DNA of 59,731 nucleotides. Origin: Chitinophagales bacterium. Its GTDB lineage: Bacteria; Bacteroidota; Bacteroidia; Chitinophagales; JADJOU01. The notes below the pieces were generated by a model that made no database searches, had not been told where the DNA came from, and was given only the letters and a program-made list of their open reading frames with translations. The stretch lies in assembly GCA_025455685.1 (NCBI GenBank), contig JALOMB010000003.1, positions 1-59,731 of the forward strand, in the 5' to 3' direction. The stretch's first letter is position 1. The number at the start of each line of letters is the position of its first letter. The position numbers and the translations under genes were made by a program. Below are positions 41,822-51,537 of the stretch, in pieces.

Positions 41822-42148
41822 TTATAAAGCGAAACTCTCACCACAAGCACAAGTTCTAGTAGCATTTGGATTGACGAAATGAAATCCTTTTCCGTTGAGA
41901 CCGTCTGTGAATTCCAAACTAGAATTGCTGATATAGAGAAAACTCATAGGATCGGTGAGCATTTTGATACCTTGGTCTTCGAAAAGCATATCGTCAGATT
42001 TCTGCTCCTTATCGAAGTCAATATCGTATTTGAATCCACTACATCCACCGCTCAGGACGCTTACCCGTACAAAAAAATCTTCTGGATTATTTTTCTGACT
42101 TAGGATTTCTTGAATTTTATTTTTAGCTTGTGCAGAAATGACTATCAT
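41822..42148 (-). CDS. A-type Fe-S carrier (IscA/SufA/HesB)
   Basis: GGCSG and NPNATRTCACGESF; ATG 42148 follows a minus-strand TATATTTG. Confidence 0.95.
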   Translation of the reverse strand: MIVISAQAKNKIQEILSQKNNPEDFFVRVSVLSGGCSGFKYDIDFDKEQKSDDMLFEDQGIKMLTDPMSFLYISNSSLEFTDGLNGKGFHFVNPNATRTCACGESFAL

Positions 42149-42220
42149 AATGAAAAATTTAATCACAAATATAATACAAAAGTTTGGTATGTAAGTATAA
42201 AAATCAAAATGTCAAAAAAT

Positions 42221-42239
42221 ATTTAGGATAATTCTAAAT
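42221..42239. promoter_or_regulatory. Fur-box-like 9-1-9 palindrome between sufA and sufB
   Basis: ATTTAGGAT-A-ATTCTAAAT (8/9 paired), just upstream of the sufB -7 element TATCTTTG at 42253-42260. Confidence 0.7.
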
Positions 42240-42274
42240 AAGAAAAAATCATTATCTTTGCATAAAATCTCACA

Positions 42275-43702
42275 ATGAGCGACGCTATTGAATTATCAGA
42301 ATATAAATACGGTTTCACCTCAGATATCGAACAAGAGTTCGCTGAGCGAGGACTAAACGAAGATACGGTAAGGTTTATTTCTCAGAAAAAAGGCGAGCCC
42401 GATTGGATGCTAGAATGGCGTCTGAAAAGCTTTCAAATATGGAAAAATATGCCTTTGCCTAATTGGGCAAAACTAAATATGGACCCAATTGATTTTAACG
42501 ATATAATATACTATGCTGCCGCTAAGAAGAAACCCAAACTCAATTCCCTTGATGAAGTCGATCCTGAAATCAAACGAATGTGGGAAAAACTAGGTATAAG
42601 TCTGAATGAACAAAATAAACTTGCTAATGTAGCCATGGATTTCGTTATGGATTCAGATTCTGTCTTCACATCCTTCAAAGAAGAACTTCACAAACATGGC
42701 ATTATTTTTTGTTCGATATCAGAAGCAATTCGGGATTATCCGGATTTAGTTAGAGACAACTTAGGTAAAGTAGTTTTACCAAGAGATAATTTTTATGCCG
42801 CATTAAATTCCGCTGTCTTTAGTGATGGATCATTTGTCTATATTCCAAAAGGCGTCAAATGTCCTATGGAGCTTTCTACTTATTTCAGAATTAATGCAGA
42901 AAACACAGGCCAATTCGAAAGAACTTTGATCATAGCCGAAGAAGGAAGCTACGTAAGCTATCTCGAAGGCTGTACTGCTCCTCAAAGAGACGAAAATCAG
43001 CTCCATGCTGCAGTAGTAGAACTAATTGCTCATGATTATGCAGAAATCAAATATTCCACAATTCAAAATTGGTATCCCGGAGATAAAGATGGAAAAGGAG
43101 GTATTTATAATTTCGTGACCAAAAGAGGCTTATGCGAAGGCTATAAGTCTAAAATATCTTGGACTCAAGTAGAAACAGGCTCAGCGATTACCTGGAAATA
43201 TCCCTCATGTGTACTCAAGGGAGACGAATCTTATGGAGAATTCTATTCTGTAGCTGTGACTAATAATCATCAACAAGCAGATACAGGCACCAAAATGATC
43301 CATGTAGGCAAGAACACCAAAAGCCGTATCGTCAGCAAAGGTATCTCAGCTGGCTATAGTCATAATTCCTATCGTGGTTTAGTCAAAATGCTAGCAAACG
43401 CTGAAAATGCGTATAATTTTAGTCAGTGCGATAGTATGCTCATCGGTAAGACTTGTGGTGCCCATACATTTCCTTATATCGAAGTAAAAAATAAAACTGG
43501 AAAAGTAGAACACGAAGCTTCAACCTCAAAAATTGGAGAAGACCAGCTTTTTTACTGCAATCAACGCGGTATTGGGGATGAAGAAGCAGTCTATCTCATC
43601 GTCAATGGATTTTGTAAAGAAGTCTTCAAAGAATTACCTATGGAATTTGCTGTAGAAGCACAGAAATTACTAGAAATCACGCTTGAAAATAGCGTAGGCT
43701 AA
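42275..43702 (+). CDS. sufB: Fe-S cluster assembly protein SufB
   Basis: [47 protein letters not shown]. Confidence 0.98.
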   Translation: MSDAIELSEYKYGFTSDIEQEFAERGLNEDTVRFISQKKGEPDWMLEWRLKSFQIWKNMPLPNWAKLNMDPIDFNDIIYYAAAKKKPKLNSLDEVDPEIKRMWEKLGISLNEQNKLANVAMDFVMDSDSVFTSFKEELHKHGIIFCSISEAIRDYPDLVRDNLGKVVLPRDNFYAALNSAVFSDGSFVYIPKGVKCPMELSTYFRINAENTGQFERTLIIAEEGSYVSYLEGCTAPQRDENQLHAAVVELIAHDYAEIKYSTIQNWYPGDKDGKGGIYNFVTKRGLCEGYKSKISWTQVETGSAITWKYPSCVLKGDESYGEFYSVAVTNNHQQADTGTKMIHVGKNTKSRIVSKGISAGYSHNSYRGLVKMLANAENAYNFSQCDSMLIGKTCGAHTFPYIEVKNKTGKVEHEASTSKIGEDQLFYCNQRGIGDEEAVYLIVNGFCKEVFKELPMEFAVEAQKLLEITLENSVG

Positions 43703-43757
43703 GTTTTACCTTATTATTCACGGTAAATTTATCAAATTTTACCTAAAATCAAAATTT

Positions 43758-44504
43758 ATGTTATCTATTCAAAATCTTCATACTAAAATCGGCGACAAAG
43801 AAATTTTAAAAGGCCTCAATCTGCAAATAAATAAAGGTGAAGTCCATGCCATCATGGGACCAAACGGCACTGGAAAAAGCACTTTGGCCTATACCCTCGC
43901 AGGAAAAGACCAATACGAGAATACTGCAGGAGATATTTTATTCGAAAATCAATCCATTCTAGAGCTAGATCCTACAGAAAGAGCACATTTAGGTTTATTT
44001 CTCTGCTATCAATATCCCGTAGAAATCCCCGGCGTCTCGACGATAAATTTCATGAAAACGGCAATAAACGAGATGCGAAAAGCCAAAGGCCAAGAAAAAA
44101 TGGAAGCTAAAGAATTTCTCGAACTCATTCGTACCAAAGCAGAAATCGTGGAACTCAATAAAGAATTTCTCACTAGAGCCATAAATGATGGCTTTTCGGG
44201 TGGAGAAAAGAAGCGAAATGAGATTTTTCAACTCGCTATGCTAGAGCCAAAATTGGCTGTTTTAGACGAGACAGATTCCGGTCTCGATATCGATGCACTG
44301 CGTATCGTAGCTAATGGCGTAAATCAACTTAGAAATTCAGAAAACGCCTTTTTGGTTATTACACACTATCAGAGACTACTCGATTATATTATACCTGATT
44401 TTGTCCATATTATGTATGATGGTAGAATTATCAAAACAGGAGATAAAAATTTAGCCTTAGAGCTAGAAGAAAAAGGATATAACTGGGTCAAAGAACTCGC
44501 TTAA
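43758..44504 (+). CDS. sufC: Fe-S cluster assembly ATPase SufC
   Basis: GPNGTGKST, QYPVEIPGV, GFSGGEKKRNE, LDETDSGLDIDAL. Confidence 0.98.
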   Translation: MLSIQNLHTKIGDKEILKGLNLQINKGEVHAIMGPNGTGKSTLAYTLAGKDQYENTAGDILFENQSILELDPTERAHLGLFLCYQYPVEIPGVSTINFMKTAINEMRKAKGQEKMEAKEFLELIRTKAEIVELNKEFLTRAINDGFSGGEKKRNEIFQLAMLEPKLAVLDETDSGLDIDALRIVANGVNQLRNSENAFLVITHYQRLLDYIIPDFVHIMYDGRIIKTGDKNLALELEEKGYNWVKELA

Positions 44505-44873
44505 CTATGCCCTAGCTTCAAAGCTAGTCGATGTGACACTTATCTCAGGACTAATTTGAGGGGTATGTTTACGAACGATTACCGTTATTTCATACTGTGT
44601 GAACTCTGCTTTGAGGCGTACTAGGATTTTATAGGTTAAATGTTCTATTAAATGGCAATGTGTTTTTGAGATTTCTTCGATCATTTGCGCCACAAGTCCA
44701 TAGTCTATGGTGTTTTGTAGCTCATCAGAAGTCATCGCCAAATCAAAATTTCCTTTGAATGAAATATCTATAGTAAAACGCTGAGGTTTAGTTTTTTCAA
44801 AATCATAGACACCGTGACACGCAGAAATCTCAATCGTATTGAGGTTTAGAACAGTTGATTTTATTTCCAACAT
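44505..44873 (-). CDS. folB: dihydroneopterin aldolase
   Basis: HGVYDFEK, SDELQNTIDYG, LIEHL, VRK. Confidence 0.9.
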   Translation of the reverse strand: MLEIKSTVLNLNTIEISACHGVYDFEKTKPQRFTIDISFKGNFDLAMTSDELQNTIDYGLVAQMIEEISKTHCHLIEHLTYKILVRLKAEFTQYEITVIVRKHTPQISPEISVTSTSFEARA

Positions 44874-45062
44874 AGCTAAAAAAGTTTTTCCACAAAGAAT
44901 ATATGTACAAAGCTATACAAAATCGACAAATTGAGTTAAGATAATTTAGTATCCACAAATTATCACCCATAAAAATTAAAATTATAGAAAAATAGCTATA
45001 GCCAAAAAGAAGAAATCTTATTAAATTTGTTTTTTGAATCCCGCAGCAAATATATAATTATA

Positions 45063-46622
45063 ATGGAAACTCAGTTAAGAAAGCATACTTTAAGCACTCC
45101 AAGCATACCTTTTCAGGATTTAGGAAAATTACCTCCGCACAATATTGAAGCTGAGCGTGCTATTTTGGGTGCTATCCTTATAGATGCCAATGCTATGGAT
45201 TTAGTAATCGAAATTCTTAAAAAAGAAAGTTTTTATCATCCGCCTCATCAAGAAATTTATGAAGCGTGTATTGAATTAGCAAATACTGTAGATATCAAAG
45301 CCAAAACCGTTCAGCGCATTGACTACCAAACCTTATCAAACCAACTTGAACGAAAAGGAAAACTCGATGCCATAGGAGGAATAAGCTACCTAGTCCAACT
45401 TACTGCAGACATTGTTTCATCTGCGAATGTAGAATATTATGCTAGAATTGTAGCACAAAAATACTTGCAACGATGTTTGATAGATTTAGGAAATAAAATT
45501 ACTAATGATGCGTATAATCCCACAAAAGACGTATTCGAACTCCTTGACGAGACCGAACACAATTTATTTCAACTATCGGATAATTATACCTCTAGTGATC
45601 CGGTACTCGTATCTGATGCATTGACAGAAACTATGGAAGAGTTACAGCGAAAAATCGCTCAGTTCAAAGAAGGCGGCTTAGTAGGTGTAGAAACAGGATT
45701 CAAAGAACTAAATGATATTACCGGTGGATGGCAAAAGTCTGATCTCATTATTGTAGCAGGAAGACCAGGAATGGGTAAAACAGCCATTACGCTTGCTTTT
45801 GCTAGAAATGCTGCTGTAGTAGGCAAAAAAAAGGTCGCTTTCTTTTCTTTGGAAATGTCTAGAAATCAAGTACTTAATCGATTGATGAGTTTCGAAGCCG
45901 AAATAGATCAAGAGAAAATTATCAAAGGCAACCTAAATCCTGATGAACTCTCTAAAATAACTCAAAGCCTCAATCAAATTAGTAATGCTTCTATTTTTAT
46001 AGATGATACGTCGGGATTATCTATTTTGGATTTTCGAAAAAAAGCCCGAAAACTTAAGCGAGAACATGATATTGACCTCATTATGATAGATTATCTACAA
46101 ATCATGACCGGCAAAACTTCTTCTGAGCAAAAAGGTGGTGGCTTCGTAAGAGAGCAAGAAATAGCCTATATCTCCAAATCCTTGAAACAAGTTGCCAAAG
46201 AACTTCAAGTGCCTGTAATTGCGCTTGCTCAGGTGAGTCGTTCAGTCGAAAAAGATAATAATTCTTCGTTTAAAAAAGGAAAAGACGAAGAACCTTCCTA
46301 TCCTGCTCCTAAACTTTCTGACCTTCGAGAATCTGGAGCTATTGAGCAAGATGCTGACTTGGTGCTTTTTATTAATCGTAAATCTTATTATACCAAAGAT
46401 CCTAATGATAATACAGGTAAACTCATTGTGGCTAAACACAGAAATGGAAGACTTGGAGATGTTAATATGCGCTATAAAGAGAAGTTTACTAAGTTTGAAG
46501 ATGATTCTATGCCAAGTACGAATTTCGTGCAAACAGAATATCAGACTTTCCCTAGTCGGATAAATTCTGAAACTTCTACCATAGATAACTCCTTCCTCGA
46601 TCAAGACGACGACTTTGAATAG
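45063..46622 (+). CDS. dnaB: replicative DNA helicase
   Basis: PPHNIEAE, AGRPGMGKT, FSLEM, IDYLQ, LSDLRESGAIEQDAD, KHRNG; the ATG at 45063 follows TAAATTTG. Confidence 0.98.
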   Translation: METQLRKHTLSTPSIPFQDLGKLPPHNIEAERAILGAILIDANAMDLVIEILKKESFYHPPHQEIYEACIELANTVDIKAKTVQRIDYQTLSNQLERKGKLDAIGGISYLVQLTADIVSSANVEYYARIVAQKYLQRCLIDLGNKITNDAYNPTKDVFELLDETEHNLFQLSDNYTSSDPVLVSDALTETMEELQRKIAQFKEGGLVGVETGFKELNDITGGWQKSDLIIVAGRPGMGKTAITLAFARNAAVVGKKKVAFFSLEMSRNQVLNRLMSFEAEIDQEKIIKGNLNPDELSKITQSLNQISNASIFIDDTSGLSILDFRKKARKLKREHDIDLIMIDYLQIMTGKTSSEQKGGGFVREQEIAYISKSLKQVAKELQVPVIALAQVSRSVEKDNNSSFKKGKDEEPSYPAPKLSDLRESGAIEQDADLVLFINRKSYYTKDPNDNTGKLIVAKHRNGRLGDVNMRYKEKFTKFEDDSMPSTNFVQTEYQTFPSRINSETSTIDNSFLDQDDDFE

Positions 46623-46694
46623 TTTGAGCCTTTTATGTCTTGAAATTTTCTTACTAGGAATCTAAAGAGCAATTTTAGCTTTTTTCAACAAATA

Positions 46695-47459
46695 TTATCC
46701 TTTGTATTTGAGAAATAACTGATTTCCTTCGTCAATATACACAATTTCGAAAAGTTCTGGCATTCTTTTAAACAAAGCTCTAAAAGTTCCACTGCTATAA
46801 GTTCTACAGTCGAAACTCGGGTCTAGCTTTCTCAAGGAAGTAGCCATATCATTCATTTTGGCCATATTGTTTTCTCCTACTACCAAACCGTATGCCTTTA
46901 AGATAAGTATGATATCCAATGGTTTTTGAGTGATTTTATTAATCGGTAAGTCTTTTAATTTAAGCTTAGGCTCTTTATTTACATCGATTTGAGGTAGTTT
47001 TGCTACTTCTTTGAGAGATTTTTCATTCGATAAATTTTCATTCATCACAAATACGTCACAAGCATTGATAAAAATTTCTGAGGTTTTTTTGGATTCCCCA
47101 ATACCCATTACAAATAATCCTTCCTCTCTAATTCGCTGAGCTAAGCCTGTATAGTCAGAATCACTTGAAGCTATGCAAAATCCAGTAACAGTTTTGTTGT
47201 GAAGAATATCCATAGCATCTATAATTAGGGCAGTATCCGTAGAGTTTTTGTTTTTCCCAATCGTAAATTTTTGAATAGGCACAAAGGATAATTGATGAAT
47301 TTTTTGAATCCAATTTTTTAAATGATCGCTAGTCCAATCACCATAAATTCTTCTGATAGTAACATGTCCATAAATTCCTGCTTCAGCTAAAATATTATGA
47401 GCTAGCTTAGCATTGGCATTGTCAGCATCAATTAATAAGGCAATTTTTTTGATTTTCAT
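46695..47459 (-). CDS. NYN (LabA/DUF88) domain protein with C-terminal OST-HTH/LOTUS domain
   Basis: ALLIDADN, RRIYGDW, KNSTDTALIIDAMD, SSDSDY, DPSFDCRTY. Confidence 0.9.
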   Translation of the reverse strand: MKIKKIALLIDADNANAKLAHNILAEAGIYGHVTIRRIYGDWTSDHLKNWIQKIHQLSFVPIQKFTIGKNKNSTDTALIIDAMDILHNKTVTGFCIASSDSDYTGLAQRIREEGLFVMGIGESKKTSEIFINACDVFVMNENLSNEKSLKEVAKLPQIDVNKEPKLKLKDLPINKITQKPLDIILILKAYGLVVGENNMAKMNDMATSLRKLDPSFDCRTYSSGTFRALFKRMPELFEIVYIDEGNQLFLKYKG

Positions 47460-47672
47460 ATTTTTTTGATTTTTTAAGGTGAATAAATATTATCTGTAAC
47501 AAATGTAGTAAGATTTACTATAAAAATTCAAAAAGAGTCAATTTTTTTCCTAAATATAAAAAAACAAAAAATTCAAAATTTAACAATTTTTATTCTAGCA
47601 ATATAAAATTTTACTTATCTTTGTATCGTTAAATTAACAATATATTATTTTAAACTTAAAATTTTAACTACT

Positions 47673-48374
47673 ATGGAAACTAAAAAAAGAATTATGGTCG
47701 TCGAAGACGATATGAATATTGGAAGCATCGTCTTGGATAGTTTAGAGATTCATGATTTCGAAGTTACGCTTTTCAGAAACGGAGATGACGCATGGCATAA
47801 ATTTGATAAAAAGAAATTTGACCTAGTAATCTTAGATATCATGATGCCTAAAAAAGACGGAATTACTTTAGCGCGTGAAATCAAAAAAATCGCCCCTGAA
47901 ATGCCAATCATTTTCACTAGCGCTAAATCACAAAAAGATGATAAAATCTTAGGCTTCAAAGTAGGTGCCGATGATTATTTGACCAAACCATTCGAAGTAG
48001 ATGAGCTTATCGCTCGTATCAACGTGGTGCTCAGAAGAAATAATAAATCTTTTTCGAATGTCACCAAAGAATATGCTATTGGTAAATACAAATTTAACAT
48101 CAATTCTAGAGTCTTATCTATTGGTGAAACACAAATCAAACTCACGACCAAAGAAACAGGCTTACTCGAACAACTTTGTATTCAAAACGGAAATGTTCTT
48201 ACTCGTGATATTGCATTAAAGGCAGTATGGGGAACTGAAAACTACTTTACAGGACGCTCTATGGATGTCTATATCACCAAAATTCGTAAATATCTAGCTT
48301 TAGACCCAAATATTGAAATCCAAAATGTACATGGTGAAGGTTATAGACTTATCGTGACCGAACCAAACGCATGA
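47673..48374 (+). CDS. OmpR-family response regulator (RprY-like), orphan
   Basis: VVEDD, LDIMMPKKDG, GADDYLTKPF, GRSMDVYITKIRKYL, NVHGEGY; promoter TATCTTTG at 47616-47623. Confidence 0.93.
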   Translation: METKKRIMVVEDDMNIGSIVLDSLEIHDFEVTLFRNGDDAWHKFDKKKFDLVILDIMMPKKDGITLAREIKKIAPEMPIIFTSAKSQKDDKILGFKVGADDYLTKPFEVDELIARINVVLRRNNKSFSNVTKEYAIGKYKFNINSRVLSIGETQIKLTTKETGLLEQLCIQNGNVLTRDIALKAVWGTENYFTGRSMDVYITKIRKYLALDPNIEIQNVHGEGYRLIVTEPNA

Positions 48375-48394
48375 TTTAATTTTTTTATATAAAT

Positions 48395-48426
48395 AAAGAG
48401 GAAGGTCTAAGAACCTTCCTTTTTTT
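48395..48426 (+). terminator. intrinsic terminator after the response regulator
   Basis: AGGAAGGT-ctaaga-ACCTTCCT followed by a T run. Confidence 0.85.
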
Positions 48427-48459
48427 ATTGAGTCATTAGATTTTATATATCTTTGCACG

Positions 48460-49635
48460 ATGAAATCAAAACCTAGAGTAGTAGTAGGAATGTCTGGCGG
48501 TGTGGACTCCTCCCTTGCTGCGTCTATTCTCGTAGAGCAAGGCTATGAAGTCATTGGACTCTTCATGCGAAATTGGAATGATGACAGCGTTATTCTCGAA
48601 AATGAATGCCCTTGGATCGACGATGCTAACGACGCTATGGCCATCGCAGCTCAACTAGGAATCGCTTTTCAAGTAGTGGATCTATCAGCACAATATAAAA
48701 CCCGAATCGTGGACTATATGCTCAGAGAATATGAAGCCGGTAGAACTCCAAATCCCGATATTCTCTGCAATAGAGAGATTAAGTTTGACCTATTTCTTCA
48801 GCTTGCCCTAGAAATGAAAGCTGATTTCATCGCTACAGGCCACTATGTCCGAAAAGAAATTACGAAGGTAAATGGTCAAGAAATCTATCATTTGCTCGTA
48901 GGCATCGATCAAAACAAAGACCAAAGCTACTTCCTCTGTCAGCTCGATCAAGCGCAGCTCTCTAAGGCTTTGTTTCCAATTGGACAACTCACTAAATCTC
49001 AAGTTAGAGCAGAAGCAGCAGCTAGAAATTTACTAACCGCAGGCAAAAAAGATTCACAAGGCTTATGTTTCATCGGTAAAGTCAAACTACCTGTTTTTCT
49101 TCAGCAACAATTAAATCCAAAAGAAGGAAAAGTAATTTTGGTTAATTCCGAGGATGCTATTTATGATTTACCAAAAGAAACTTTATCAGAAATATCGCAA
49201 CCATACGACTATAATCTGGCTAAAGGAAAAATTATCGGCACTCATAATGGGGCTCACTTTTATACTATAGGACAGCGAAAAGGTCTTGGAATAGGCGGAT
49301 TTCAAGAGCCTTTGTTTATTCTAGAAAAAAATACCGAAAAAAATTTAATTTTCGTAGGAAGCTCAGAACTACATCGAGGCTTATATCGACATGGACTTAA
49401 AATAATGCCTCAAGACATACATTGGGTAAACGAATCTAAAAAACTTAATATAGGACAAGGTCGAGACTATCTAGTGCGGATTAGATATCGTCAAGAGCTC
49501 GTACCGGCAAACTTATCAATGCGTGAAGAAGGTTTATACATGATTTTCGAAAGTCCTATGAAAGCTATAGCACAAGGACAATTTGCAGTGTGGTATGAGG
49601 GCGAGGAGCTTATCGGTTCCGGGGTAATTAGCTAA
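48460..49635 (+). CDS. mnmA: tRNA 2-thiouridine synthase MnmA
   Basis: SGGVDSS, GRTPNPDILCNREIKF, ATGHY, KDQSYFL, DSQGLCFIG, TIGQRKG. Confidence 0.98.
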   Translation: MKSKPRVVVGMSGGVDSSLAASILVEQGYEVIGLFMRNWNDDSVILENECPWIDDANDAMAIAAQLGIAFQVVDLSAQYKTRIVDYMLREYEAGRTPNPDILCNREIKFDLFLQLALEMKADFIATGHYVRKEITKVNGQEIYHLLVGIDQNKDQSYFLCQLDQAQLSKALFPIGQLTKSQVRAEAAARNLLTAGKKDSQGLCFIGKVKLPVFLQQQLNPKEGKVILVNSEDAIYDLPKETLSEISQPYDYNLAKGKIIGTHNGAHFYTIGQRKGLGIGGFQEPLFILEKNTEKNLIFVGSSELHRGLYRHGLKIMPQDIHWVNESKKLNIGQGRDYLVRIRYRQELVPANLSMREEGLYMIFESPMKAIAQGQFAVWYEGEELIGSGVIS

Positions 49636-49693
49636 AACATTAAGTTTAATTGGCGTATTTTTTCCTAAGTTTGAAGTATCATCCGAGAAAGGA

Positions 49694-50608
49694 TCAAAGC
49701 AATTGACTGAGAAAAAACAAAACAGAAGTTATCAAAATTCCTATGCCTAATGGTTTAAACAATAAGTCATAGTTACTATCTTCTTGAATCTTGATAAACC
49801 TAAGAATCACATAAATCAAACAAAAGAATCCTATATAATACAAAAATGAAGTTGTCGTAGTTATGGTCTGAAACGCCGGATAAATACCCCACAAGAGAAT
49901 AGCTAAAATTAATAGTAATACAAATAATAAGCGTGAATTTTCCAAGCCTATTATATGAACCAAAGTTTTTTTGCCAACTTGAGCATCGTTTTTATGATCT
50001 CTGAGATTATTGAGTAACAGAATACTACACGCCAAAAACCCAAAAGAAACAGCCAAAAGAAAATCACATAGATTGACAAAACGAGTATAGAGATATATTT
50101 GACCAAGAATACCTACCAATCCAAAAAATATAAAGACAAAAAGTTCCCCTTGTGCTCGATAACCATAAGCTTTTTTTCCTTTGGTATAATGGACTGCTGC
50201 CCATATCGATGCTAGTCCTAATGCAATCAAACCTAGCTTTTGATGAATAAAAATGGGCGCTAAGGTTAGCATGACAAGACCAAAGACTAATGAAAATACG
50301 ATAGACCATTGAAGCCATTGTTTCATCGTCTCTGCTGACACTGCGCCTGATTGTAAGGTTCTTTCAGGACCTATCCTTTCGGAATTATCGGCACCTTTTT
50401 CGAAGTCGTATAAATCATTGGCCAAATTAGAAACAATTTGTAAGGAAATAGTGGTTAAGAGAATAAACATAAACAATAATAATCGAAAAGACCCTAAATA
50501 TAAAGAGACAGATGCAGTCACGATACATAGCGATAGGCTCAATAAGAGCGTCCTAAGCCGAATCGCTTGAATAAAAGCTTTAATAATGAATGATTTTTGC
50601 ATAGACAA
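49694..50608 (-). CDS. menA: 1,4-dihydroxy-2-naphthoate polyprenyltransferase
   Basis: IRLRTL, SNLANDLYDFEKGAD, NNLRD..ND...GKKTL; multiple TM segments. Confidence 0.93.
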   Translation of the reverse strand: MSMQKSFIIKAFIQAIRLRTLLLSLSLCIVTASVSLYLGSFRLLLFMFILLTTISLQIVSNLANDLYDFEKGADNSERIGPERTLQSGAVSAETMKQWLQWSIVFSLVFGLVMLTLAPIFIHQKLGLIALGLASIWAAVHYTKGKKAYGYRAQGELFVFIFFGLVGILGQIYLYTRFVNLCDFLLAVSFGFLACSILLLNNLRDHKNDAQVGKKTLVHIIGLENSRLLFVLLLILAILLWGIYPAFQTITTTTSFLYYIGFFCLIYVILRFIKIQEDSNYDLLFKPLGIGILITSVLFFLSQLL

Positions 50609-50614
50609 AAATAA

Positions 50615-51055
50615 TCAAATTTTATCAAGTGAACGTTCCATACGAATATGAGTTATCCCTAAATGTTCAAATTCATCACCTATAACTTTGAAATTTGCTG
50701 CTTCATATAGCGATTTAGCTTCTATACGGGCAAAAAGGAATATTTGATAATCCTTATACGCTTTTTCAATTATGTCAAGGACTCCGAGAAGTAGAAAAGT
50801 AGCGATTTTCTTACGCCTAAAAGCAGGAATTGTCCATAGTTGACGAATTTGTATCGTTTCTTGCTCCATATCAAGGCTTAAGGATAGGCCTGAAACTATT
50901 TTTTCATCTTGAATCCAACCAAAATGTCTGCTTTTGCAATCTAATAATAAATCTTCGTTAGAAAATCTTCGATGTAAAGGTAATCTTAAAATGAGTTCTC
51001 GATGTCTAAGAGCTTTCCAATATTGTGAAGCGTTAAACGAAAATTCTTGAATCAT
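50615..51055 (-). CDS. GNAT family N-acetyltransferase
   Basis: R..ILR.PL, IRQL..PAFRRKKIA, AR..A..LY...F...G..F..LGITH. Confidence 0.8.
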   Translation of the reverse strand: MIQEFSFNASQYWKALRHRELILRLPLHRRFSNEDLLLDCKSRHFGWIQDEKIVSGLSLSLDMEQETIQIRQLWTIPAFRRKKIATFLLLGVLDIIEKAYKDYQIFLFARIEAKSLYEAANFKVIGDEFEHLGITHIRMERSLDKI

Positions 51056-51096
51056 TTTTTTTCATTATATTTGCAAAAATACTAAATAATTTTTTT

Positions 51097-51525
51097 ATGA
51101 TCTTGATGCTTCATTCTTTAACTGCATATTTATTTCTATTGGTCGGTGTAGTCAATATAATTAGTGCGATTTTTCATTTAACTATAAAAAAATATGATTG
51201 GACCAAAATCGACACCTTGCTCTATCGATTGTTTTTTGTGTTGTCTCATATCATGCTTTTGCTTGGACTAGTGCAGTGGATGACAGGTGGACACCTATCC
51301 AATCTTATTAACAATACTAAAATGGTCATGAAAGAACCTATGATGAGATTATTGTCACTAGAGCATCCTTTAATTAACATCATTGGTGTCATCATCATAA
51401 GTATAGGATATTTCAAAATCAAAGGAATTTCTAATCCTCATACTAAGAAAAAAAATATTTTAATCTATTATGGGATTGCATTGGTATTGTTTATAAGTAG
51501 AATTCCTTGGAATCAATGGATTTAA
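51097..51525 (+). CDS. conserved 4-TM membrane protein with His residues (cytochrome b-like)
   Basis: HS, SH and EHP motifs in TM segments; C-terminal RIPW typical of this Bacteroidota family. Confidence 0.7.
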   Translation: MILMLHSLTAYLFLLVGVVNIISAIFHLTIKKYDWTKIDTLLYRLFFVLSHIMLLLGLVQWMTGGHLSNLINNTKMVMKEPMMRLLSLEHPLINIIGVIIISIGYFKIKGISNPHTKKKNILIYYGIALVLFISRIPWNQWI

Positions 51526-51537
51526 GAAAAGAAAAAA

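Noticed and set aside
45063..46622. Intein in DnaB
   Set aside because: Normal length, contiguous motifs, no intein splice-junction signature
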